A DNA stretch of 64,000 nucleotides from an uncultured bacterium (GTDB taxonomy: Bacteria; Patescibacteriota; Microgenomatia; Levybacterales; UBA12049), in NCBI GenBank assembly GCA_963826535.1, contig CAWGXL010000010.1, positions 426,814 to 490,813 on the forward strand, in the 5' to 3' direction. A program made the position numbers and the translations under genes. Below, piece after piece: positions 55,795 to 64,000 of the stretch. Each line of letters opens with the position of its first letter. The stretch's first letter is position 1. The notes under the pieces are model-generated. The model had not been told where the DNA came from and did not search any database. It saw only the letters and a list, made by a program, of their open reading frames with translations.

Positions 55795-56253
55795 TTGCTT
55801 GCCGTTCCACTCCTGAGCCTTGCGGATGCGGGCGCTCAGGCCAAACCCGACTTCAGTGGCGAGTGGGTATTGAATCGCGCCGCCAGTCCCCTGCAAGGCG
55901 AATCGGCGGCCGTAGAGAGCAGCGTGATTCGCATCGACCATCGCGACCCCGCGTTCACGTTCAAGCGCACGTTCGTGGTCAAAGGCCAATCGTTGGACGC
56001 CTGGGTATGTGATTCAGACGGACGGCCGGGAAGTGACGTCGAGTGCTCGGGGGCCTGTCGTGCGCGATCGCGAATGGAATGGCAGGGCGCGACGTTGTTG
56101 CTCAGCGCATTCATCACCGGCCCGCGCGGCGAGGTGAGCAACATCGTGCGCTACGAACTGCTGGACGGCGGGCGGGTGCTGCGGGCGGTCGAAGAACCTC
56201 GGTGGTGCCGCTCCGGGTCCACCACAACGTCTCGATCTACGAACGGAAAGTGA
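55795..56253 (+). CDS. Secreted hypothetical protein (PDFSGEW N-terminal motif); start uncertain, possible upstream frameshift
   Basis: Signal-like LLPVLLLAVPLLSLADAGAQA then KPDFSGEWVLNR. A candidate ATG at 55755 is out of frame. Confidence 0.35.
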   Translation: MLAVPLLSLADAGAQAKPDFSGEWVLNRAASPLQGESAAVESSVIRIDHRDPAFTFKRTFVVKGQSLDAWVCDSDGRPGSDVECSGACRARSRMEWQGATLLLSAFITGPRGEVSNIVRYELLDGGRVLRAVEEPRWCRSGSTTTSRSTNGK

Positions 56254-56570
56254 CGGCGCTGACTCCGGCGGTCTTTCACGTCCTGTTGGCCCTGGTCGTC
56301 CGGGGATCGGCACGGCTACGGCATCATGCAGGACATCGCGGAGCATACCGGCGGCGAGCTGAAAATGGGCAGCCGAGCACATTATACTGGCACGATCCAG
56401 CGACTGATGGACCAGGGGCTCGTTCGCGAAGTGGAAATCGCCGCGGCCGCAGACGGCTCCGCGACGAACGGGCGCCGGCACTACCGGCTGACTGCCTGCC
56501 GGGCGGCAGGCGCTGCAAGCCGAGGTGCAGCGGCTGGAGCACCTGGTCAACGTGGCCCGCGGCGTAAGCC
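56250..56570 (+). pseudogene. PadR-family transcriptional regulator, 2 frameshifts
   Basis: VFHVLLALVVRG..YGIMQDIAEHTGGELKMG...GTIQRLMDQGLVREVE...GRRHYRLTA...AEVQRLEHLVN is split between two frames. Confidence 0.55.
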
Positions 56571-57314
56571 GCGTGTCAGGTGCGAAGGCCTGACTGTCGA
56601 CTCCGCTGCCGCTCAGCGTGCGCCTCTATTGCGGTCTTCTGCGGCTTTACCCGGCCGAGTTCCGGCGGTCGTTTATGCCGCCGATATCGGCCTGCCAATG
56701 TCATCGACGGATATGGCGCGGCGCGTCACGCGTCAGGAACAGTGCGTTCGCGATTTCTCTTACTGCGCGGCAACTGCTGACCTCCCGATAACACTATGCC
56801 AGGGAAGCGCTTGCCGGCAATCGGGACCGCAATGGGCGTGGCCTTCACGATTGCGGCGGCCGCAGCTGCTCTGGGGCGGCACGGTCTGGATGCTGGCGCT
56901 GGAATGGCCGGATGGGCCGGCGCGATCGTTTACTCTATCTGCAAGTTGGCGGTGTTCTCTTGGAATACTGGGCCGTCGCAGCCTGCGTGGGCGTCGTGCT
57001 GGGTCAACCGCCGCGCGCCGATCCGCCTGAATCTGGAGCAGATGAGTTAAGAGGGCCTCACTGGCACGCGGATTGAAGCCTCAGCGGTGGAGGACTATCC
57101 AATGGAGCCAACCCCACCGCACGCGACGCCGAGGCCAGAACGAGATCCCATCGACGTCGATCCGGATCTTGCGACTGCCAGGAACGACCAGACCGATCAG
57201 GACGTGGACACGGCGGGAACCGAGGCCGATGAGCCGGCCGTGGGCTCGGCGCTCGACCGTGGCGTCGAACGAAACGAGCGTCGCCGACCGGAGCCGGATC
57301 GCCCGTAACCCTGT

Positions 57315-57851
57315 ATGAGGTCGGAGGAAATCATGAAGAACGAGCTGGCCGAGTTTTACGCGCTGATCGAGGAGCTCGACACCGCGATGATGACGACACG
57401 TCAGCGTGACGGCCATCTGCGATCGCGGGCGATGGCGAATCAGAAGCCCGCTGAGGGTGCCGACCTGTGGTTCGTGACGCTGGAGCAGAGTCCCAAACTG
57501 GCCGACCTGGCCTGGGACCCGCACGTCAACTTGTCCTATTATCGCGACCGGAACCGCGAATGGGTTTCTGTCTCTGGTACCGCCGAGATCTCGCGGGACC
57601 GCGACAAGATTCGTGAACTGTACGCGACCGATTGGCGGATCTGGTTCCCCCAGGAGGGTGACCCCAGGCACGGGACCGCCGACGATCCCCGCATGGTCCT
57701 GATAGGCGTCACGGTGCATGCCGCCGAGTATCTGAAAGCAGATGCGGCCGCCCGTCGTCCTGTTCGAGGTAGTCAAAGGCTGGCTGACCGGCGCCATACG
57801 GAGCTCGGCACGATGCACCATCTCGTCGAGCCCCGGCGGCGCGAAGCGTAG
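57315..57851 (+). pseudogene. General stress protein 26 / PNPOx-like FMN-binding family protein, C-terminal frameshift
   Basis: MKNELAEFYALIEELDTAMMTTRQRDGHLRSRAMA...LWFVTLEQSPKLADLAWDPHVNLSYYRDRNREWVSVSGTAEISRDRDKIRELY. The C-terminal VVLFEVVKGWLTG continues in another frame. Confidence 0.55.
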
Positions 57852-57877
57852 CCCCGCGCGCAACGCGCCTCGACCTG

Positions 57878-59307
57878 TCAGGCGGCCTGGTAGTAGTCCT
57901 CGGCGAGCGATGACACGAGGCGCGCCGCCGGCACCTCCGGCGGCGCCGCGATCACCGGGGCGTCCACCACGGCTCTGAGCGCATCGAAGCACGCCGGGTC
58001 CAGCGCCGTGCCGACCTCGCGGCCCATGATGTCGAGCACGCGCTCGACCGGCAGGCCGGCGCGATACGGCCGCGAGCTGCGCAGCGCGTCGAAAATGTCG
58101 GCGACGCACAAGACGCGCGAGCTGGTCGACAGCGCCGATTCGGACACGCCGCGGTGATATCCCTTGCCGTCCAGACGCTCGTGGTGTGACGAGGCGGACA
58201 GGGCGAATGGCTGGAAGCACGGCACGCGGGTCAGGATCTCGTGCGTGAACCGCGGGTGCTTGCGCATGGCCGCGAATTCCGGGTCGGTCAGCTTGCCGGG
58301 CTTGTCCAGGATCAGGTTCGACACTCCCAGCTTGCCCAGATCGTGGAGCAGCGCCGACGCGGCGCAGCTCGCGCAGGGCGACCCGCCCGTAGCCAAGCCG
58401 CTCGCCGATCGCCACCGCGGTGGCGGCCACGCCGCTCGAATGCTGATACGTCCACGGCGACTTCGCGTCGATCACCCTGGCGAAGGCCTCGGCCACACGG
58501 TCGATGTCGGCCTCGCCCGCCACGATCACGCGATCGGCCGGCTCCACGGCGCGCAGCGTGTCAGCGTGGTCCGTGCCGCCCAGCCGGCGCCAGAACCCGA
58601 ATCCGACTCCATCGACAGCCAGCGCGTCCACGAGGTCGGGATCGAACCACGTGCCGCGCCGCGCCTCGCGCCATGTCGTAGGCGGTCGTGACCCCGTAGG
58701 TGGTGAAGAAGACCTCGACGGTCTGCGCCAGGCCCAGCACGCGCGCCAGCACCGGAATCTCGTCGCGCTTCAACGAGTACGGCTGGCCGTGCCCGTCCCA
58801 GTGCTCGTCGAGCGCCCGGATCGCCGCCGCGGTGGCATCCTCCAACCGAAGCAGCCTCGCGATGTCGGCGCCTCGCTCGCAGCGCGTCCGCACCACCTCG
58901 CGCGGCTCCTTCCGGCCCGTGCGCAAGGATGGCCAGGAGGCGCCAGACGCGCTTGAGCACAGGCTGGCCAGGCGCCGCATTGCGCGCGACGAGCCGGAAC
59001 GCCTCGAGGGCGTGCGCCCAGTTGATGTGCTTGATCGCGTTCTTGACGTCGTGATCGTTGGCGCCGAAGAGCGCCGCGAACCGGGCGGCGTTGCTGGAGC
59101 AGCCCAGGTCCTTCATCAGCAGCGCGTAGAAGAGCGCGGAGCGATCGGCGTACGGGAGGTTGATCTCCTGCGCCAGCCGCATCCCGATCAGGCAGCTGCG
59201 AACCGCATGGCCGGGCCGCTGGCCTTCGGTGAGGTCGAGGGCGTACGACAGTCCGGACAGCACCTCGGACAGACGCATGCCGCCGGTCGCCGGCACATCG
59301 TGGTTCA
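57878..59307 (-). pseudogene. HD-GYP domain phosphodiesterase (c-di-GMP), frameshifted
   Basis: N-terminus MNHDVPATGGMRLSEVLSGLSYALDLTEGQ. HD-GYP core LLHDLGKLGV...HHERLDGKGYHRG...VADIFDALRSSRPYR. Spread over 3 frames. Confidence 0.6.
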
Positions 59308-59379
59308 TCGATACAGTTGTCGGTGCCGGTGAGGCGCCTCTGCACCAAGGCGCGGTGTGCAGTTCTGGGCGGCGCCGCG

Positions 59380-60078
59380 TCAAAGAACGGTCAGGGCACC
59401 GAGGAGCAGGCGGTTCTTCGGCGTGATGTCCCGGGGAATGGTCTGCGTCCAGACGCGATAGCCCAGCGCCTCGAGCCGCGTGGCGCGGCCGACGTCGATC
59501 GCCAGCGCCGGGTCCAGCCAGCCGGTCAGATGCACGCCGTCGAGAGAGCTGTCGTCGTGACAGCACGGCAGCACGGCCACGCGTGCACGAGCGGCGCTGG
59601 CGAGGGACAACACCTCGTCGGTCAATGAGCCGCACGCGTGGCACGAGACCACGAGGTCGCCCGGCATGACCGCGGCCTCCTGCAGTCGTCCCGGAACGAA
59701 GGTCACGCGGCCGGTCAGGCGGGGCCACTCGCGGGCCAGGGCGTCTTGCAGCTTGGCAGCCGACGGAGGCACGACGTCGTCCACGACGATCGCCGACTCC
59801 GACGAGTCGTCCAGCAACAAGAGCGTCTGGGCCAGGAGCCCGTGGCCGCCTGCCAGATCCACGACGCGGCCGCCTCGGAACAAGCGCCTCACGCGCCGGG
59901 CCATCTCCCAGCTTTCGAACAGCTCCTTGCGCGGCAGGCAGCCAGCGGCACACACCGCCCGCCCCAACCGATCGAACAGCGACTCGCTGGGGAAGCGACC
60001 CAGATCGTGCGCCGTCAGCCTGTTGCCCGAGGCCCGATTGAACGAATGCAGTCCGGCTGCAGTTTGTGACTTGTGCAT
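59380..60078 (-). CDS. Rnl2-family methyltransferase, SAM-dependent (intact)
   Basis: Glycine-rich VVDLAGGHGLLAQ. Paired CHACGSLTD...VLPCCHDD cysteine motifs. Confidence 0.5.
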   Translation of the reverse strand: MHKSQTAAGLHSFNRASGNRLTAHDLGRFPSESLFDRLGRAVCAAGCLPRKELFESWEMARRVRRLFRGGRVVDLAGGHGLLAQTLLLLDDSSESAIVVDDVVPPSAAKLQDALAREWPRLTGRVTFVPGRLQEAAVMPGDLVVSCHACGSLTDEVLSLASAARARVAVLPCCHDDSSLDGVHLTGWLDPALAIDVGRATRLEALGYRVWTQTIPRDITPKNRLLLGALTVL

Positions 60079-60102
60079 TGTGAATTGTGAATTGCCTTCC
60101 CC

Positions 60103-60912
60103 TCACCTCTTCACCGATAGTCCGTACACCTCTATCCGGCCCACGTTCACGAACCCACCCCACCCGTGGCCGCTGCCCGGCAGCAGATCGGCGAACCCGA
60201 TCTCATCGACGCGGCTCAGGTCCGGCACCACCCAGGCCTGACCGCGCGTCACGACCCGCGTGATGTCGAGCGGCAGCCACCGCACGTTGGCGATCGCGAA
60301 CTCGGACTCCACGAAGAGCCCCGAGTTGGCGGACTGTCCCCCGTCGGCGTGGTCGCCCACCAGCCACGTGCCGTCCGCAAGCTTCACCACGGGCCGCACG
60401 ACGTGAAAGCCCGACGTGCGCGTGACCCAGCGGACGCGCGCCGCGCCGGTCAGGTTCACGAAGCTCTCGCGGTGGCGCAGCGTCGCGGCCACCGGCGACT
60501 GGCACACGCCGGTCCACAGATTCGGCGGATCGGACGGCTGGCCCGCCACCACCTTCGCCGGCGGCGGGTTCTGGTTGTATCCAGCCAGCTGGATGCACGA
60601 CGGCCCGTCCCAGTCCACCGGTATCGACCCGGTCGGCGGGTTCTTCAGGTAGGCGGGGACGTTCTTCGCGTTCGGATCGTAGAGCCGCAGCTCGAGTTGG
60701 GGATTGGTCACCGCGGCGGCCGTCACGCCGGCCTCCGGGCGGAATCCAGTCGAGGCGTCGAACGGGCGCGACTGTCGCCACGGCTCGCGGAAGAACAGCG
60801 GCGGCCCCGGCGACGGCTCGAGAAACTTCGGTGCGGGCGCCTGCCCCTGCACCATCCCGCCGATCACCGCCACGAACGACGACGCAATCAGAAGGCACCG
60901 CATTTTCGTCAT
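60103..60912 (-). CDS. Secreted hypothetical protein
   Basis: Signal peptide MTKMRCLLIASSFVAVIGGMVQG. 270 aa. Confidence 0.4.
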   Translation of the reverse strand: MTKMRCLLIASSFVAVIGGMVQGQAPAPKFLEPSPGPPLFFREPWRQSRPFDASTGFRPEAGVTAAAVTNPQLELRLYDPNAKNVPAYLKNPPTGSIPVDWDGPSCIQLAGYNQNPPPAKVVAGQPSDPPNLWTGVCQSPVAATLRHRESFVNLTGAARVRWVTRTSGFHVVRPVVKLADGTWLVGDHADGGQSANSGLFVESEFAIANVRWLPLDITRVVTRGQAWVVPDLSRVDEIGFADLLPGSGHGWGGFVNVGRIEVYGLSVKR

Positions 60913-60935
60913 GGCGTGCAGCATATACTGCCGCG

Positions 60936-61739
60936 ATGCGACTCGCGCTCGCGGCACTCCTCGTGTCCAGCCTGGCCGCCGGCGTGTCGGCACAGTGGCT
61001 TCGCTATCCGTCAGCCGGCGTGCCCAAAGGACCAGACGGCAAGCCCAACATGGCGGCTCCGGCGCCGCGCACCGCCAGCGGTCAACCCGACTTCTCGGGC
61101 GTGTGGCTGGTGGACGGATTCGGGCCGCCAGGCGGTGAGGGCACGGGGCCCACGCCCAGGACCGTTTTCTTCGACGTCGCGCACGGCCTCGGCGGCCAGC
61201 GCCCGCCGTATCTGCCCTGGGCGGCCAAGCTGCGAGACGACCGGCGGGAACAGGAGGCCAAGGACAACCCGGACGCGCGCTGCCTGCCGATTGGCCCGCT
61301 GCAGATGCTGGCGCACCCGCTGCCGAAGAAGATCATCCAGGTGCCCGGCCTGCTGCTGATCCTGCACGAGCGGAACATGGAGTTCCGGCAGATCTTCCTC
61401 GATGGCCGTCCGCTGCCGGCCGACCAGCAACCCTCGTGGTATGGCTACTCGACGGCGCGGTGGGAGAAAGACACGCTGGTGGTCGAAACGTCGGGGCTTC
61501 GTGACGGCCTGTGGGCCGACTTCTACGGCAGCCCGCTGACCGACGCAGCGCGGATGACCGAGCGCTTCCGCCGCCCGAACTTCGGCACGCTGCTCGTGCA
61601 GGTGACCATCGACGATCCCAAGGCGTACTCGAAGCCGTGGACCGTCGACGTCAACCAGCACTACGGCATCGACACGGATCTCCTGGAGTACGCGTGTCTC
61701 GAGAATGAAAAAGACGTGCCTAGGCTCGTAGGGAAATAG
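60936..61739 (+). CDS. Secreted hypothetical protein (PDFSGVW motif; distant paralog of 55795-56253)
   Basis: Signal peptide MRLALAALLVSSLAAGVSA then QPDFSGVWLVDG. Divergent from 60103-60912 with a 23-nt spacer. Confidence 0.45.
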   Translation: MRLALAALLVSSLAAGVSAQWLRYPSAGVPKGPDGKPNMAAPAPRTASGQPDFSGVWLVDGFGPPGGEGTGPTPRTVFFDVAHGLGGQRPPYLPWAAKLRDDRREQEAKDNPDARCLPIGPLQMLAHPLPKKIIQVPGLLLILHERNMEFRQIFLDGRPLPADQQPSWYGYSTARWEKDTLVVETSGLRDGLWADFYGSPLTDAARMTERFRRPNFGTLLVQVTIDDPKAYSKPWTVDVNQHYGIDTDLLEYACLENEKDVPRLVGK

Positions 61740-61791
61740 CCGAGGCTCAGTTCCGCGTTCTTGGCAGGCCGAAGACCGGAGACTGAAGACT

Positions 61792-63548
61792 TCACATCCG
61801 CTCGAACCGCTTCTCGAGCTCGTGGCGCGTCAGCCGCAGCATCACTGGCCGGCCGTGCGGGCACACGGTCGAATAGGCGGTGCGGCGCACGCCGTCCAGG
61901 ATGTGCAGCATCTTCTCGTGGGTCAGCGGGTAGTTGGCCTTCACCGCGGCGTGGCAGGCCATCGTCGCGGCGATGCGCTTCACGGCGTCCACCACCGCGC
62001 GGCCGCGGTCCAGCTGTTCCAGGTCCTCGGCCAGCTCGCGCAGCGCGGCGCGGCTCTCCTCGCGGCTCAGGAGCGCCGGGCAGGCGGAGACGCGCACCGC
62101 GTCGGCGCCGAAGTCCTCGACCTCGAAGCCCAGGCGCGCCAGGTCCTCGGCGTGCGCCAGCAGCGCCTGGTGGCCCTCAGGCGCGACCTCCACGAGCATC
62201 GGTTCCAGCAGCCGCTGGCTTTCCAGCGCGCCTGACGTCAGCCGCTCGGTAATCCGCTCGAACAGCATCCGCTCGTGCGCCACGTGCTGGTCGATGATGG
62301 CGATGCCCTCTTCGTCCACGGCCACGATGAAGGTGTCGCGGAACTGGCCCAGCGGCATCAGCGTGCCGGGTGGGCCGGAGGCACTCGCAGCGCCGTCGCC
62401 CGCGCCGATACCGGCCGCCCCCTCGACGTGCTCCCGGAGCAGGACTGGAGGCGTCCAGCGGCTCGGAAAGACCGTCGGGTAGGGTGTCGGCAGGGTCATC
62501 GGCAGCGCCAACGGCGCGCCGTGCGGCCGCATCGGACATCGCCCCCGCGATGGTCAGCCCCGGCACCGGCGCGGCGCTCAAGGCATCGGCCACGGCCATG
62601 CGCACGCTGCTGTGGACGAACGACTGGTCCCGGAACCGCACCTCGGCCTTCGTGGGGTGCACGTTCACATCCACCGCAGTCGAGCGGCATCTCGATGAAG
62701 AGGTGCACCTCGGGGCTGCGCTCCTTGATCGAGGCCGCGCTGTAGGCATCGCCGATGGCATGCGCGATCGTCTTGTCGCGCACCATGCGGCGGTTGACGA
62801 ACACGTGCTGCGGGCCTCGCGGCACCGTGGACGCCAGCGCGGCCACCATGCCGTAGATCGCCGTGCCGCCGGTGCGGCGCTCCACCGGCACGAGATCGGT
62901 GCGGTGGCCGTAGACCTGGAACAGGCGGTCGCCCAGCGTCGCGGCCGGCGGGTATTCGAGACGGCGGCGTCCCGGCGCGACCAGCGCGAATCCGACGTCC
63001 ACGTAGCAGAGCGCCATCTGCGTCACGACGCGCGTGACCTGGGCCATCTCGGCCGCGTCCGACTTCAGGAACTTGCGCCGGGCCGGCAGGTTGTAGAAGA
63101 GGTCGCGCACCTCGACCGAGGTGCCCACGGGAGCGCCGGCGTCGCGAACCGAAGCCGGTGCGCCTCCGTCCACAGTGACCTCGACGCCGCCGGTGGCGTC
63201 GCGCGGCCGCGTGCGCAGCACGAAGTGCGACACGGAGGCGACGGCCGGAAGCGCCTCGCCGCGAAAACCCAGCGTGGCGATGCGGCCGAGGTCGTCCGAC
63301 GTCCGGATCTTGCTGGTGGCGTGGCGCTCCACGGCCAGCCGCGCGTCGTCGGGGTCCATGCCTTCCCCGTCGTCCTCGACGCGGATCAGGCGCTTGCCGC
63401 CCTGCTCCACGGTGATCACGATGCGCCGCGCGCCGGCATCGACGGCGTTCTCCACCAGCTCCTTGATGACCGACGCCGGCCGCTCCACCACTTCGCCGGC
63501 GGCAATCTGATCGGCCAGGTCCGCCGGGAGACGGACGATCTTCCCCAT
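61792..63548 (-). pseudogene. mutL: DNA mismatch repair protein MutL, about 2 frameshifts
   Basis: N-terminus MGKIVRLPADLADQIAAGEVVERPASVIKELVENAVDAGA (GHKL ATPase). Mid VDVNVHPTKAEVRF lies in another frame. C-terminus GQFRDTFIVAVDEEGIAIIDQHVAHERMLFE. Confidence 0.7.
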
Positions 63549-63551
63549 TCG

Positions 63552-64000
63552 CTACAGCCAGCGATTTCGCTTGAACACGGCCAGCATGCCGATCGACAGC
63601 GCCGCCATCAAGCCGGCCACCCACCAGAACTGCACCTCGAGGGCGCCAGGAAAGTGCGGCAGCGGCACGTTCATCCCCCACATGCCCGTCAGCACGGTCA
63701 GCGGCAGGAAGATCGTGGACATCACCGTCAGGACCTTCATCACCTGGTTCAACCGGTTCGACACGGCGGCCAGGTGCACCTCCAGGATCCCCGTCACGCG
63801 GTCCTGGAACAGCAGCGTCTCTTCGGTCACGCGCACCACGTGGTCGTAGACGTCGCGGAACCGGTAGGACATCTCGTCGGAGATCGCCGGGAACTCGCGC
63901 CGGGCCAGCCGGCCGATCACGTCGCGCTGCGGAATCAGGACGCGGCGCGCCGTCGCTCAGCTCGTGCCGCAGCTCGATGACGCGCCGGACCATGGCGTCG
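63552..64000 (-). CDS. corA: CorA-family Mg2+/Co2+ transporter, C-terminal part (N-terminal region frameshifted/runs off window)
   Basis: YRFRDVYDHVVRV, GMNVPLP (GMN motif) and two C-terminal TM helices. Confidence 0.6.

Noticed and set aside
57081-58631. 516 aa ORF on the minus strand
   Set aside because: It lies in ~70% GC sequence where long stop-free frames arise by chance. It overlaps the better-supported GSP26-like (+) and HD-GYP (-, other frame) genes and has no recognisable motifs.
58526-60163. 545 aa minus-strand ORF as a single gene
   Set aside because: Only the segment around 58950-59307 (MNHDVPATGGMRLSEVL...) is meaningful, as the HD-GYP N-terminal region. The rest is overlapping-frame read-through across the methyltransferase gene in high-GC DNA.
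62665-63993. 442 aa ORF (minus strand) and 536 aa ORF 62370-63980 (plus strand)
   Set aside because: These are alternative frames or antisense of the mutL/corA region in high-GC DNA. They are Arg/Ala/Gly-rich low-complexity translations with no motifs.

Overview
The window joins two unrelated sequence types. Positions 1 to about 53,690 are low-GC (roughly one third GC) and densely coding. Their gene content looks like a reduced-genome, Gram-positive-like or CPR/Patescibacteria-type bacterium: many hypothetical membrane and surface proteins, few biosynthetic genes, and six dispersed tRNAs (Arg-TCT, Phe-GAA, Gly-GCC, Gly-TCC, Leu-TAA, Pro-TGG).

Supported features in the low-GC part:
- An FMN-riboswitch-like leader with an intrinsic terminator sits in front of an ECF transporter (S component, one ATPase, T component). 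A monofunctional riboflavin kinase lies next to it.
- Three paralogous TrmB-type regulators each sit divergent from a different cargo. One cargo is an unusual 25-Cys tandem-repeat protein, another is a polar amino-acid ABC transporter with three tandem binding-protein paralogs.
- A Phd/YefM-RelE toxin-antitoxin pair.
- Cell-wall enzymes: L,D-transpeptidase, SLT lytic transglycosylase, PBP5-type carboxypeptidase, VanW-like protein, plus several glycosyltransferases.
- Housekeeping genes: typA/bipA, nth, an RRM RNA-binding protein, and a GIY-YIG protein wedged between tRNA-Leu and tRNA-Pro.
- Two sortase-centred surface loci, which are the most notable systems. Locus A (28.7-34.4 kb) has three secreted proteins sharing a novel ~90-100 aa N/S/T/G-rich repeat, one ending in an LPTTG sorting signal, followed by a sortase. 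Locus B (50.3-53.7 kb) has a TasA/camelysin-like SipW-cognate protein, a SipW-type signal peptidase fused to a second cognate-like domain, a second sortase, a LASTG (LAXTG-type) anchored Thr/Pro-rich protein, and a PA14-domain protein.

At about 53,692 the composition switches abruptly to about 70% GC. This truncates the PA14 gene, and the ATG of a fumC-like gene sits right at the switch. The high-GC segment encodes fumC, a PadR regulator, a GSP26/PNPOx-like protein, an HD-GYP phosphodiesterase, mutL and corA. All of these are broken by repeated frameshifts. Interspersed with them are intact genes: an Rnl2-type methyltransferase and several secreted hypotheticals. The abrupt join plus the contrasting error profile point to a chimeric join or concatenation rather than a natural island.

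Several recurring small sequence motifs are also reported: a CCCGATYTAATCGGG hairpin, a shared ATGTCATTGCGA...GAAGCAATCT leader carrying a 14-codon uORF, ACGTTCA/TGAACGT palindromes, a 41-nt direct repeat flanking one ORF, and a (TACTTAA)x10 heptamer tract. All calls come from reading the sequence and the ORF track only. No searches were run.
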